From assembly GCA_963594125.1 (NCBI GenBank), contig CAVBCV010000002.1:42211-106210 (forward strand): 64,000 nt of DNA, written 5' to 3'. The notes beneath the pieces are model-generated. The model was given only the letters and a program-made list of their open reading frames with translations. It ran no database searches and was not told where the DNA came from. The position numbers and the translations under genes are program-made. Origin of the DNA: Lachnospiraceae bacterium (GTDB lineage: Bacteria; Pseudomonadota; Alphaproteobacteria; RF32; CAG-239). This document shows, in pieces, positions 1 to 9,743 of this stretch. The first letter of the stretch is position 1. The number at the start of each line of letters is the position of its first letter.

Positions 1-868
1 TTGCTGATGTCGCCAGTCATCTCGGCAATACGGATAACGCCGCCGATGTCTTCACCACCGCGCTTGCCGGTAATCATTTGCCCAACGCCGCGCAAGGTGG
101 TAACGGTAACATCCCAAACCTCTTCAGCGCCCATAGCCAAAGCTTGAGGCAACGAAACTTTTTCATGCGACATTTCAATAGCCGAAACAGATTTAACGCC
201 AAGCATAAACTGTTTGTTTTTAGCGCCGGTATCGTCATCAGTCTCAAGCTCGGTGAGCGAAAAAGCAAAATTTAATATTTCATCGCCGCGTTTAACTTCC
301 AATTTAACCTCATGGTCAGCCGCCATGGCAACTTCACGCGAAATATCGGCGAATGAATTTATCTGTTCGCCATTAATGGTAACAATACGATCACCGGCAA
401 TAATACCCGCCTGCTCAGCCGCTCCTGAAGGCATAACCTCGCCCACAATCGGCGGAATCGTAATTTTGCCGAACGTAAAAAATAATCCGGCATAAAGCAA
501 CACGGCAAAAAGATAGTTAAACCCCGGTCCGGCAATAACGATTGCTAATTTTTTGAACGGATTTTGGAAAGGAAAAGCTTTCTTTTTTTCTTCATCGCTT
601 AATTCATGAACCGCGCCATCCGCTGTGCTTGAAGAAGCATCGGCATCGCCCAAGAACTGGCAGTAGCCGCCAAGCGGAATCGCGGAAATTTTCCAGTAAG
701 TGCCTTTTTTATCTTTGCGCCCCCATAGTTCTTTACCAAAACCGATTGAAAACGCGCTAACCTGCACGCCAACCATGCGGGCAACTAAAAAATGTCCGAA
801 CTCATGCACAAAAACCAAAATACCGAGTAAAATTAAAAACGGCACAATGTAGTAAATTGTATTAAGCA
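1..868 (-). CDS. rseP: RIP metalloprotease RseP (site-2 protease), 3' end truncated by window start
   Basis: Minus-strand translation from ATG at 866-868 gives MEWLLNTIYYIVPFLILLGILVFVHEFGHFLVARMVGV with the HEFGH zinc motif, a PDZ-like middle region and the conserved C-terminal GGxxIGGVIRIAEMTGDIS. The ORF runs off the window at position 1. The opposite-strand ORFs in the track (74-268, 78-275, 214-495) are shadows. Confidence 0.8.
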
Positions 869-896
869 ACCATTCCATAATCAATCACCACTCAAA

Positions 897-1766
897 TTAA
901 TAAGGCAACACACAGGCAAACAACAAATAAACAAACGGAGCAACAAAGATTAAGCCATCAACACGGTCAAACACACCGCCGTGCCCCGGAATAAGATTGC
1001 TGGAATCTTTTAAGCCTAAGTGGCGCTTAATAGCAGATTCAATCAAATCGCCGATTTGAGAAACACCGGCAATTAAACCGCCAAGACCGGCATAAAATTT
1101 GTATTCAGAACTTGCCACATCAATAGGCAATATGTAAAGATACAGCATACTTACCGCCATTGCCAACACTATGCCGCCAACCAGCCCCGACCATGTTTTA
1201 TTAGGACTGATTTTAGGAGCAAGTTTGGGACCTTTGAGATTACTGCCGACGATATAGCCGCCGATATCCATTGACCAAACCATTAAGAAAAACCACAAAG
1301 TCATATAAAAATTATACGGGCGCTCGCTAAAGATATTACTGTATATCCAAATTAACGAGCCCACGCCGATAGAAATATACGGCACGCCCAAAGTCAGCAA
1401 ATAGCGATGCTCTTCTTTACGAGCCTTAAACCAAACATATAAGGAGGCAAGCAAGATAGTCGCCGCAGTTACCGCCTCATTATAAATCAGCAACGATACC
1501 GCAACCGAGATAGCATAAGCGCTTAAATATGCGTCGGAAGTACGGTTAGGAACCATATTAGCCCATTCCCATGAAAGCAAAACGCCAACCATTAAAGCCA
1601 AAACATCAACATAAGGATAGCCTTGCCATAAAGCGCCGATAACCACCGGCAGCATCACTAACGCCGTTATGGTTCGTTTTACAAACGAGCCAAGTTTTTT
1701 AGGCTCCTTTGATGTTGATTTTTTAAGCTTTACCATATCTTCTCTCCCTCGTCTGGTAATTTTCAA
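897..1766 (-). CDS. cdsA: phosphatidate cytidylyltransferase
   Basis: 289-aa polytopic membrane protein. It contains KTWSGLVGG and the C-terminal GHGGVFDRVDG motif of CdsA. It follows uppS as in the conserved frr-uppS-cdsA-rseP order. The true start may be the internal MVKLKK at about 1736. Confidence 0.85.
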   Translation of the reverse strand: MKITRRGREDMVKLKKSTSKEPKKLGSFVKRTITALVMLPVVIGALWQGYPYVDVLALMVGVLLSWEWANMVPNRTSDAYLSAYAISVAVSLLIYNEAVTAATILLASLYVWFKARKEEHRYLLTLGVPYISIGVGSLIWIYSNIFSERPYNFYMTLWFFLMVWSMDIGGYIVGSNLKGPKLAPKISPNKTWSGLVGGIVLAMAVSMLYLYILPIDVASSEYKFYAGLGGLIAGVSQIGDLIESAIKRHLGLKDSSNLIPGHGGVFDRVDGLIFVAPFVYLLFACVLPY

Positions 1767-2427
1767 TTATACTTTCAAGCTCTTCTTTGGTAAAATCAGG
1801 CCACAGCGTTTTAGTAAAAAACAGTTCGCTGTACGCAATTTGCCACAATAAATAATTACTGATACGCTGCTCGCCGCTGGTGCGAATCAGCAAATCAGGA
1901 TCCGGCACACCGGCGGTGTAGAGCATATCAGAAAAAGCCTGCTCATCAATATCTTTTAACAGCATATCACCATTTTTTACGCGCTCCGCCACTCTTTTGA
2001 CAGCGCTGACAATTTCCTGACGAGAGCCGTAGCTTAAAGCAATTTGCAAAATAAGACTTTGATTTTCAGCTGTGTTTTGCTCAAGCTTTTCCATTTTGGC
2101 AACAATATCAGGCGCAAGCATGTATCTTTCGCCGATAAAGCGGATTTTAACATCATTTTGCTCAAGCTCTTTGAAGTTTTTATCAAGATATTGCCTCAGC
2201 AACTGCATTAAAGCGCCGACCTCTTCAGGACTGCGCTTCCAGTTTTCAGTAGAAAAAGCATAAAGAGTAAGGCATTTAACGCCCAACTCTTTGACCGCTT
2301 TGGCAATATCAACAACAACTTCCGCACCTTTTTTATGTCCGGCGGCACGCGGTAATCCGCGCCCTGTTGCCCAACGTCCGTTACCGTCCATAATGATGGC
2401 GATATGATTTAACTGATTACGCGTCAC
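1723..2427 (-). CDS. uppS: undecaprenyl pyrophosphate synthase
   Basis: HIAIIMDGNGRWA and the LTLYAFSTENWKR motifs characteristic of cis-prenyltransferases (UppS). Confidence 0.9.
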   Translation of the reverse strand: MTRNQLNHIAIIMDGNGRWATGRGLPRAAGHKKGAEVVVDIAKAVKELGVKCLTLYAFSTENWKRSPEEVGALMQLLRQYLDKNFKELEQNDVKIRFIGERYMLAPDIVAKMEKLEQNTAENQSLILQIALSYGSRQEIVSAVKRVAERVKNGDMLLKDIDEQAFSDMLYTAGVPDPDLLIRTSGEQRISNYLLWQIAYSELFFTKTLWPDFTKEELESIIENYQTRERRYGKA

Positions 2428-2436
2428 TGCCCATTC

Positions 2437-3000
2437 CTACACCTGCATGATGTCTTTTTCTTTGGCGGCAAGCATTTCATCAATCTTGCGAACCGATTCA
2501 TCGGTCAGTTTCTGCACTTCATTTTCAAATCTTTTTTCTTCATCTTCAGAAATCAGATTATCTTTTTTGAGCTTTTTAATTTCATCTAAAGTATCGCGGC
2601 GGATATTACGGATAGCAACTTTATTTTGCTCGCTGTATTTTCCGGCAATGCGACTCAACTCTTTGCGACGCTCTTCGCTGAGCGGCGGAATCGGAATACG
2701 GATTAAAGTTCCATCTGAAACCGGATTTAAACCCAAGTCAGATTCACGCAAAGCTTTTTCAACGCTTTTAGCCAAGCTTTTATCCCAAACGCTAACCGAC
2801 AACGTGCGCGGATCAGGCACATTAACCGTACCAACCTGAGAAATCGGGGTTAAGCTGCCATAAGCCTCAACCATAATGCCGTCAAGCAGGCTGGCATGAG
2901 CGCGTCCGGCACGCAAACCCGCAAAATCGGCGCGTAAAGATTCCAGAGTTTTATCCATTCTGGCCTTTGTATCATTTTTAATTGTGTTAAAATCAGACAT
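2437..3000 (-). CDS. frr: ribosome recycling factor
   Basis: 187 aa. Typical Frr length and charged helical sequence. Lies between pyrH and uppS. Confidence 0.9.
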   Translation of the reverse strand: MSDFNTIKNDTKARMDKTLESLRADFAGLRAGRAHASLLDGIMVEAYGSLTPISQVGTVNVPDPRTLSVSVWDKSLAKSVEKALRESDLGLNPVSDGTLIRIPIPPLSEERRKELSRIAGKYSEQNKVAIRNIRRDTLDEIKKLKKDNLISEDEEKRFENEVQKLTDESVRKIDEMLAAKEKDIMQV

Positions 3001-3015
3001 ATTTTCCTCTGTTTT

Positions 3016-3726
3016 CTATTTGATTATTGTAAACTTTCCTTGAGCGCACACCGCTTTCAGCAGGGCGCCGTCTTCATGTTGATTGAATATAATTATCGGC
3101 ACTTTATTTTCTTTAGCAAGCACAACCGCTGAAATATCCATAACTTTCAGCTCTTTTTTAATAACCTCATCATAAGTCAAGCTGTCAAAACGCTTAGCAT
3201 TCGGATTATCCCGCGGATCAGAATCATAAACGCCGTCAACTTGCGTGGACTTTAACAGCGCGTCGCAACCCATTTCAGATGCGCGCAAAGCCGCGCCGGT
3301 ATCAGTGGTAAAATACGGACTGCCGGTACCGGAGGCAAAAATCACCACCTCACGATTTTGCAAATACGACATCGCCTTGCGATAAGAATAATCTTCACAA
3401 ACCTGAGGCATACGCAAGCCTGAAACAACTTTAGTCGGCACACCGACCTTGATTAAGGCGTCTTGCAAAAAAAGCGAGTTCATAACCGTGGCGAGCATGC
3501 CGATTTGGTCAGCCACGCTTCTATCCATGCCTTTAGCCGCCTCTTTGGCGCCGCGGAAAATGTTGCCGCCGCCGATAACAATACAAACATCAGTACCAAG
3601 CTTATGAATTTGTTTTATTTGTTCTGCCAAACGCGATACAACCTCCGGCGAAACTCCGAACTCTTTATCGCCCATAAGCCCTTCGCCTGACAGTTTGAGC
3701 AAAACTCGTTTATATTGAGGCTTCAT
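3016..3726 (-). CDS. pyrH: UMP kinase
   Basis: 236 aa, begins KRVLLKLSGE, contains the GGGNIFRG motif of UMP kinases. Confidence 0.9.
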   Translation of the reverse strand: MKPQYKRVLLKLSGEGLMGDKEFGVSPEVVSRLAEQIKQIHKLGTDVCIVIGGGNIFRGAKEAAKGMDRSVADQIGMLATVMNSLFLQDALIKVGVPTKVVSGLRMPQVCEDYSYRKAMSYLQNREVVIFASGTGSPYFTTDTGAALRASEMGCDALLKSTQVDGVYDSDPRDNPNAKRFDSLTYDEVIKKELKVMDISAVVLAKENKVPIIIFNQHEDGALLKAVCAQGKFTIIK

Positions 3727-3895
3727 GAAACGTACCTTTCTTTATAAATTTGTTTTATATTGACCTAATTTAACGCATTTGTCACCACATTTTTGCAAGA
3801 GGTTAACAATTTATAGTAAAATTGATAAAATGATTGAAATTAAACTGATATTGTGTTTATAGTGACGATAATACTAAAAGCATAAGGAGAAAAAC

Positions 3896-4543
3896 ATGAG
3901 TTTTACCGTAATTTTTATTTTATGCGCCGTGGGCGGATATTTACTCGGCTCAATTCCGTTCGGTTTAGTTTTAACCCGCTTGGCCGGATACGGCGATATT
4001 CGCAAAATCGGTTCAGGCAACATCGGCGCCACCAATGTTTTGCGCACCGGCAATAAAACTCTGGCTCTTCTTACCGTTATTTTAGACGCATTTAAAGCCG
4101 GTTTCGCCGCATATTTGGCGGAAAAGTTGGTTCCGAATGAATTTTGCTTTATATTCGGCATGCCTGCTTCAACGGCTGTTTTAGCCGCCATGCTTGCCGG
4201 TTTGTGCGGAATTATCGGGCACATGTTTCCGGTCTGGCTCAAATTTAAGGGCGGCAAAGGCGTTTCATCTGCATTTGGCTTGCTGTTCATAATACATTGG
4301 CAACTTGCTTTATCCGCGTTAGGCATTTGGCTTGCTATGGCGATTATATTCCGTTATTCCTCGCTTTCAGCTTTAACCGCCGCGGTTGCCGTTCCGTTTA
4401 TTGCCTTTTTCACTCTGCCGCAAATTTATACCGTATTTTGCATTGTTATTGTGGTAATGGTAATTTTGAAGCATCATGCCAACATTGTTCGTTTGCTTAA
4501 AGGCGAAGAAAGCAAAATTTCATTTAAAAAAGCAAAGAAGTAA
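3896..4543 (+). CDS. plsY: glycerol-3-phosphate acyltransferase PlsY
   Basis: 215-aa membrane protein with GSGNIGATNVLRTG and HMFPVWLKFKGGKGV motifs of PlsY. Confidence 0.85.
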   Translation: MSFTVIFILCAVGGYLLGSIPFGLVLTRLAGYGDIRKIGSGNIGATNVLRTGNKTLALLTVILDAFKAGFAAYLAEKLVPNEFCFIFGMPASTAVLAAMLAGLCGIIGHMFPVWLKFKGGKGVSSAFGLLFIIHWQLALSALGIWLAMAIIFRYSSLSALTAAVAVPFIAFFTLPQIYTVFCIVIVVMVILKHHANIVRLLKGEESKISFKKAKK

Positions 4544-4549
4544 CGCGTC

Positions 4550-5692
4550 GTGAAACAGCAAGAGCTTATTGATTGGATTCAACTTATAAATTCTGACGGC
4601 ATCGGACCGGTCAGTTTTTATAAGCTCTTGAACAAGCACGGTTCGGCTGCTGACGCCTTAAAATATTTGTCGGCAAAACAAGCATTATTTTCTCGCAAAG
4701 ACGCGGACTATGTGCTTAAAAAAGCCGAACAGCTCAAAATTGCGATTATCGCCCGCACTGATGAGCTTTATCCGCAAAATATCGCCGAACTGAATGACGC
4801 ACCGCCGATATTATTTGTTAAAGGGCGCACGGATATTTTGAATTATCCTGCTATGATTTCAATCGTCGGCTCACGCAACGCTACGGTAAACGGGCGCAAA
4901 ATTGCCTCTAAAATTGCCTATGATTTAACTGAAAATGACGTGATTGTGGTATCCGGCATGGCGCGCGGTATTGACGCGGCAGCGCATAAAGGCGCGCTTT
5001 ACGCCAAAGAGCAGCAAGGCGTAACCATCGCGGTTTTAGGCACCGGCGTTGACGTTCCGTATCCGGCTGAAAATAAAGGCTTATATGAACAAATTTGCGA
5101 ACAAGGCACCATAATTTCAGAGTTTGTGCTCGGCACCACCCCGCAAGCCGCTAATTTTCCGCGCCGGAATCGTTTGGTATCTGCCCTAGGGATAGGGACT
5201 TTGGTAGTTGAAGCATCATTAAATTCAGGCTCATTAATCACCGCCCGCACCGCGCTTGAACAGGGCAAAGATATTTTTGCCGTTCCCGGTTCGCCGCTTG
5301 ACGGACGCTCCGCCGGAGCCAACAAACTTATTCGCGAGGGCGCGCTGTTAACCGAATCAGCCGATGATATTTTGCAAACTTTGCGCTTTACCCAAAATCA
5401 GCAGATTAAAACTTATTCTTTGCGCAAAGCAAAGGCAAACCCTCTTGACAAACCGCAAAAAAATGACAATATTTGCGCTCAAACCAACACGGCGGTTGTA
5501 ACGAGCGACACAACATCATTAACCGCGCTTATTCCGCCGGAAGGAATCGGCATTGACGAGCTTATCCGCACAGGCGGCGGCAACGCCGAACAAACCATGA
5601 TGATGATTACCGAACTGGAACTTGAGGGTGTGATTGAACGCATAAACGGCAGCACCTTAGTTTTGAAAAACAAAAGAAACAGGAAAAACTGA
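4550..5692 (+). CDS. dprA: DNA processing protein DprA (Smf)
   Basis: GTG start. Rossmann-like core with IVGSRNAT...VVSGMARGIDAAAHKGAL and FAVPGSPLD motifs. C-terminal winged-helix-like tail. plsY-dprA-topA synteny is common in alphaproteobacteria. Confidence 0.85.
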   Translation: MKQQELIDWIQLINSDGIGPVSFYKLLNKHGSAADALKYLSAKQALFSRKDADYVLKKAEQLKIAIIARTDELYPQNIAELNDAPPILFVKGRTDILNYPAMISIVGSRNATVNGRKIASKIAYDLTENDVIVVSGMARGIDAAAHKGALYAKEQQGVTIAVLGTGVDVPYPAENKGLYEQICEQGTIISEFVLGTTPQAANFPRRNRLVSALGIGTLVVEASLNSGSLITARTALEQGKDIFAVPGSPLDGRSAGANKLIREGALLTESADDILQTLRFTQNQQIKTYSLRKAKANPLDKPQKNDNICAQTNTAVVTSDTTSLTALIPPEGIGIDELIRTGGGNAEQTMMMITELELEGVIERINGSTLVLKNKRNRKN

Positions 5693-8148
5693 TGAAATTA
5701 GTTATTGTAGAATCTCCGGCAAAAGCCAAAACCATTAACAAATATTTGGGTTCAGACTACAAAGTTCTGGCCAGTTTCGGTCATATTCGCGACCTGCCGA
5801 GCAAAGACGGCTCGGTTAATCCCGAGCATGATTTTGATATGACATGGGAATTAAGCCCCGGCGGTAAAAAACGACTTAATGATATTATTGCGGCATTAAA
5901 AGACTGCGACACCGTTATTCTCGCATCCGACCCGGATAGAGAAGGAGAAGCGATTGCATGGCATATTTTGGAAGAACTCACTGCCCGCAAAAAAATTGCC
6001 GGTAAAAAAATTGAGCGCGTGGTTTTTCATGAAATTACCAAATCTGCCGTAACGGAAGCAATTAAAAATCCGCGTTCCATTGACGATAACTTGGTTTCAG
6101 CTTATATGGCGCGGCGCGCGCTTGATTATTTGGTGGGCTTTACTTTGTCGCCGGTGTTGTGGCGCAAGCTTCCGGGGTCAAAATCGGCAGGAAGAGTGCA
6201 GTCAGTGGCGCTGCGTTTAATCTGCGACCGCGAAAATGAAATTGAAAAATTTAAGCCGGAAGAATATTGGACGGTTGACGTTGATTTACAAACGTCTGAG
6301 AAAGCTTTAATCCCTTCACACCTGATTAATCTTGACGGCAAAAAGCTTGAAAAATTTGACTTAAACACGGAAGAAAAAGCCCTTGCCGCCAAAGCCAAAA
6401 TTGAAGCGCAAAACTTTACGGTTAGCAATGTTGAACGCAAAAAAGCCAATCGGTATCCGGCGCCGCCGTTTACCACCTCAACCCTGCAACAGGAAGCAGC
6501 GCGCAAGTTGCGTTTTTCAGCTAAAAAAACCATGCAGGTGGCGCAAAAACTTTATGAAGACGGTTTTATCACTTATATGCGTACTGACGCGGTCAACCTT
6601 TCAAAAGAGGCTATTGCCGCCTGCCGCAACGCTATTTTAAAATATTTCGGCGACGCTTATTTGCCTAAAGTTGCCAAAGAATATAAAACCAAGTCAAAGA
6701 ATGCGCAAGAAGCGCACGAGGCAATCCGTCCGTCTGATGTGATGAACACTCCGAAAAAGATGGAAATTAAATTAGACGCTGACGCGCACAAATTGTATGA
6801 GCTGATTTGGAAACGCACAGTCGCCTGCCAAATGAATCCGGCAGTGCTTGACCGCGTTACCATTGATTCAGAATCGGCTGACAAGCAAATTTTGCTCCGC
6901 GCCAACGGACAAGTTATTGCTTTTGACGGATTTTTGAAATTGTACCAAGAAAGCAAAGATGATTCTGATGACGATGATGACAATCAACTGCTGCCGAATG
7001 TTGAAAGCGGGCAAGCCGTTGACAAAGGCGAGATTAAGCCGGAACAGCACTTTACAACGCCGCCGCCGCGCTTTACTGAAGCGAGCTTAGTTAAAAAGCT
7101 TGAAGAACTTGGAATCGGGCGTCCATCAACTTACGCCACGATTATTGCGGTTTTGCAAGAGCGCAAATATGTTCGGGTTGAAAAATTGCGTTTTATACCG
7201 GAAGACCGCGGGCGAATCGTTACCGTATTTTTGGAAAACTACTTCAAAAAATATGTTGAATACGACTTTACCGCGCAATTGGAAGAATTTTTAGATGACG
7301 TTTCCGCCGGCGAAATGGATTGGAAAAAGCTGCTTGCCGGTTTTTGGGCAAAATTTATTAAAAACGTTGACGCCGTGCAGCCTTTGCAGGTTAAAGACGT
7401 TATTAATAAAATTGACGAGGTTTTGGCTTATCACCTGTTTCCGGCTAAAGCCGACGGCTCTGATCCGCGTTTATGTCCGGAATGCGGCAAAGGTCATTTA
7501 AGCGTAAAACTCGGCAAATTCGGCGCCTTTTTAGGTTGTTCAAATTATCCGGAATGCAAGTATACCAAGCCTTTGACCGATATTAAAGATGAAGAAGCTC
7601 AATCAGCGGAAGCACCAAAGCCGGAAAGACCGGAAGACAAGCTTTTAGGCGAATATAAAACCCTGAATGTTTATCTTAAAAAAGGCCCGTACGGTTGGTA
7701 TGTACAATGGGGCGAAGACGCCACCGCAACTACCGAAAAACCCAAACGCGCCTCGTTGCCGAAAAATATTAAACCGGAAGAGCTGACTTTTGAACAAGCG
7801 GTAACCTTAATCAGCCTGCCGAAAGATTTGGGCAACGGCATTGAAGTCAACATCGGTAAATTTGGTCCTTATATTAAGCAGGGAACAAAATCGCGCTCAT
7901 TAACCGGCAATGATAACATTTTTAACATTACCGCCGAACGCGCCGCCGCTATTTTGCAGGGCGTTGCCGCCAAACCGGAAGCCAAAGTTTTAGGCAAAAA
8001 TAAAGACGGTAACGACATTTTGCTCGCAAACGGCAGGTACGGACCGTATATTAAGTGCGGCAAAACCAATTACGCCTTGCCGAAAGAATTGCACGGCAAA
8101 GAAATTTCATTGGAAGATGCGCTCAAAATTATGGCGGCTAAAAAATAA
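5692..8148 (+). CDS. topA: DNA topoisomerase I
   Basis: 818 aa. N-terminal TOPRIM (KLVIVESPAKAKTI, ILASDPDREGEAIAWH), the active-site region YITYMRTD, a C4 zinc ribbon (CPECGKG...CSNYPECKY) and C-terminal repeats. Confidence 0.95.
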   Translation: MKLVIVESPAKAKTINKYLGSDYKVLASFGHIRDLPSKDGSVNPEHDFDMTWELSPGGKKRLNDIIAALKDCDTVILASDPDREGEAIAWHILEELTARKKIAGKKIERVVFHEITKSAVTEAIKNPRSIDDNLVSAYMARRALDYLVGFTLSPVLWRKLPGSKSAGRVQSVALRLICDRENEIEKFKPEEYWTVDVDLQTSEKALIPSHLINLDGKKLEKFDLNTEEKALAAKAKIEAQNFTVSNVERKKANRYPAPPFTTSTLQQEAARKLRFSAKKTMQVAQKLYEDGFITYMRTDAVNLSKEAIAACRNAILKYFGDAYLPKVAKEYKTKSKNAQEAHEAIRPSDVMNTPKKMEIKLDADAHKLYELIWKRTVACQMNPAVLDRVTIDSESADKQILLRANGQVIAFDGFLKLYQESKDDSDDDDDNQLLPNVESGQAVDKGEIKPEQHFTTPPPRFTEASLVKKLEELGIGRPSTYATIIAVLQERKYVRVEKLRFIPEDRGRIVTVFLENYFKKYVEYDFTAQLEEFLDDVSAGEMDWKKLLAGFWAKFIKNVDAVQPLQVKDVINKIDEVLAYHLFPAKADGSDPRLCPECGKGHLSVKLGKFGAFLGCSNYPECKYTKPLTDIKDEEAQSAEAPKPERPEDKLLGEYKTLNVYLKKGPYGWYVQWGEDATATTEKPKRASLPKNIKPEELTFEQAVTLISLPKDLGNGIEVNIGKFGPYIKQGTKSRSLTGNDNIFNITAERAAAILQGVAAKPEAKVLGKNKDGNDILLANGRYGPYIKCGKTNYALPKELHGKEISLEDALKIMAAKK

Positions 8149-8149
8149 A

Positions 8150-8186
8150 TGTTACAATCCCTGTTTTAAGCAGGGATTGTTTGTAA
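8150..8186 (+). terminator. putative rho-independent terminator after topA
   Basis: Hairpin caatccctg-tttta-agcagggattg followed by tttgt, immediately after the topA stop. Confidence 0.4.
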
Positions 8187-8197
8187 GTGAGGAAAAA

Positions 8198-8491
8198 ATG
8201 GAAAAAGAACATTTAACAGAAACACAACGCTTAGCAAAAATGGACACAGCTATTGAAATTATGGCGGCGAGAATCGGCATTTGCATGCAGCGTATATTTG
8301 CAGAAGAAGAAAAGCCGGAAGCCGAGCAAAATCAAGAACTGCTCTCACGCCTTAACAAAGAAATGGTTATTTTATACGCCGAAAGAGATCGTATGTACGG
8401 CGGCGATAAAGATATACAAGAAAAAATTTACGAACAATATGCCCCTGAAGTAAAAGAATATTATTTGGGGAAGAAAAAGAATGTACGATAA
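8198..8491 (+). CDS. small helical protein, putative epsilon-type antitoxin
   Basis: 97-aa charged helical ORF (MEKEHLTETQRLAKMDTAIE...) with an RBS (gaggaaaaaATG). It lies directly upstream of, and overlaps by 11 nt, a zeta-toxin-like gene. The call rests on position and size only. Confidence 0.4.
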   Translation: MEKEHLTETQRLAKMDTAIEIMAARIGICMQRIFAEEEKPEAEQNQELLSRLNKEMVILYAERDRMYGGDKDIQEKIYEQYAPEVKEYYLGKKKNVR

Positions 8492-9437
8492 ATATAAACT
8501 GAGCGATGAACAACATAATGCTGTCTTAAATAAAATTTGCCGCAATTTGTTTTATGGCAAAACTCCGGCAGCGAATCCGCAAATATTTATTTTAGGCGGA
8601 CAACCCGGCGCCGGAAAAAGCATTTTGACAGAAAGAAGTTATCATAAATTAGGTAATAGCAACTTTGTTGTTATTAACAGCGATGAATTTCGTACTCAAC
8701 ACCCTAACGCGCAAGAAATTTTTGATAACCATGATAAAGACTTTGCCGCTTATACCGACCCTGATGTCAGGGTATGGGGCTCTGAAGTTTTTGACGCCGC
8801 CATCAAAGGGCGCTATAATATTATTTTTGAGGGCACCATGCGTACCACGCAAATTTGCGAAACCATTAAACGCCTGCAAGCTGAAAAATACACGGTTAAT
8901 ATTTTGGCAATGGCAGTGCCTGAAATTAAAAGCCGTATTTCAATTTATGCCCGCTATCAAGAGCAACTTGAAAATTATCCGATTGCTCGCTTTACCAGTC
9001 GTTTTTCACACGATGCCGCCTATCATGGCATGCTTGACACTTTGCAAAAAATTGAAAATGAAAAACTTTATGACACCATTACAATTTGTAACCGTAACGG
9101 AGATGTATTATTTAAAACCGGTGATAAAAATGTTGTAAATGCGATAAAAAAAGAACGTGAAAAACCGTTATCAGCATCTGATGCTTCTGATTTATTGCAA
9201 GATTGCAATGTGTTGCTTAAAAAAATGACAGAGCGCGGCGAATCCTCTGAATATATTGAAGACCTGCAATCTTTACGGCAACAAGTCAGGCAAAAAAGCT
9301 TAAATGAACGCTGTGAAAACTGTTTTGCCAATATTCATAATATGATACAAGAAGTAAAAAACAGCGACACTTGCGCAGCGCCACATTCTAAAGAAACTCC
9401 TTATAAAACTCCTACTCCCCAAAATCACGAAAGATAG
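8481..9437 (+). CDS. zeta toxin family protein (UDP-GlcNAc kinase-type toxin) with C-terminal extension
   Basis: Walker A P-loop in the zeta context: FILGGQPGAGKSILTE. Zeta-like core follows (VINSDEFRTQHPN, NIIFEGTMRT). 318 aa, so about 40-50 aa longer than canonical zeta/PezT. Confidence 0.7.
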   Translation: MYDKYKLSDEQHNAVLNKICRNLFYGKTPAANPQIFILGGQPGAGKSILTERSYHKLGNSNFVVINSDEFRTQHPNAQEIFDNHDKDFAAYTDPDVRVWGSEVFDAAIKGRYNIIFEGTMRTTQICETIKRLQAEKYTVNILAMAVPEIKSRISIYARYQEQLENYPIARFTSRFSHDAAYHGMLDTLQKIENEKLYDTITICNRNGDVLFKTGDKNVVNAIKKEREKPLSASDASDLLQDCNVLLKKMTERGESSEYIEDLQSLRQQVRQKSLNERCENCFANIHNMIQEVKNSDTCAAPHSKETPYKTPTPQNHER

Positions 9438-9462
9438 ATTAACTTTGCATAAAGTTAAACAA

Positions 9463-9510
9463 GCTGAATTTCGGATTATGAACATTCAGTTTTATTTAAC
9501 TTTTTTATTT
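9463..9510 (+). terminator. putative terminator after zeta-like gene
   Basis: Hairpin gctgaat-ttcggattatgaac-attcag followed by a T-rich run. Confidence 0.35.
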
Positions 9511-9529
9511 TACTGTCTGTTTTAGGCGT

Positions 9530-9720
9530 AAAAATACGTCTAGGGCGTCAGAACCCTTTTCATAGATAGCCGCATTTGTGTATGGCGACTAAAAAATTAT
9601 GCACCGCTTCTGTTCTCACGGACGGATGTCGGTGAATAAGGCTCAGCCAAATAAGCCGAGCCGTCTTTATCTATGAACGGTTTCTGAACATCCGCCCACC
9701 TATATCGGTGGGTTTTGTTT
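9530..9720 (+). ncRNA. structured intergenic element (possible small RNA) ending in an intrinsic terminator
   Basis: About 190 nt with no ORF. A long-range stem pairs catagatagccg (9560s) with cgtctttatctatg (9660s). There is an internal hairpin ggctcagcc-aaataa-gccgagcc. The 3' end is cccacc-tatatc-ggtggg plus TTTTGTTT (9695-9719). The RNA class is not identified. Confidence 0.2.
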
Positions 9721-9743
9721 AACCATATACAAGGATGTTTAAT

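Noticed and set aside
74-495. ORFs 74-268(-), 78-275(+) and 214-495(+)
   Set aside because: They lie inside or antisense to the well-supported minus-strand rseP reading frame, which is open to the window edge and carries the HEFGH and PDZ regions. They are shadow ORFs.
8253-8453. ORF 8253-8453(+) in an alternative frame within the putative antitoxin gene
   Set aside because: It is fully nested in the better-supported frame that has an RBS and couples to the zeta toxin gene.
9530-9720. tRNA/tmRNA/SRP RNA in the structured intergenic element
   Set aside because: There is no GTTCGAATC-like T-loop, no CCA-adjacent acceptor stem and no SRP domain IV consensus. It is kept only as an unclassified structured element.
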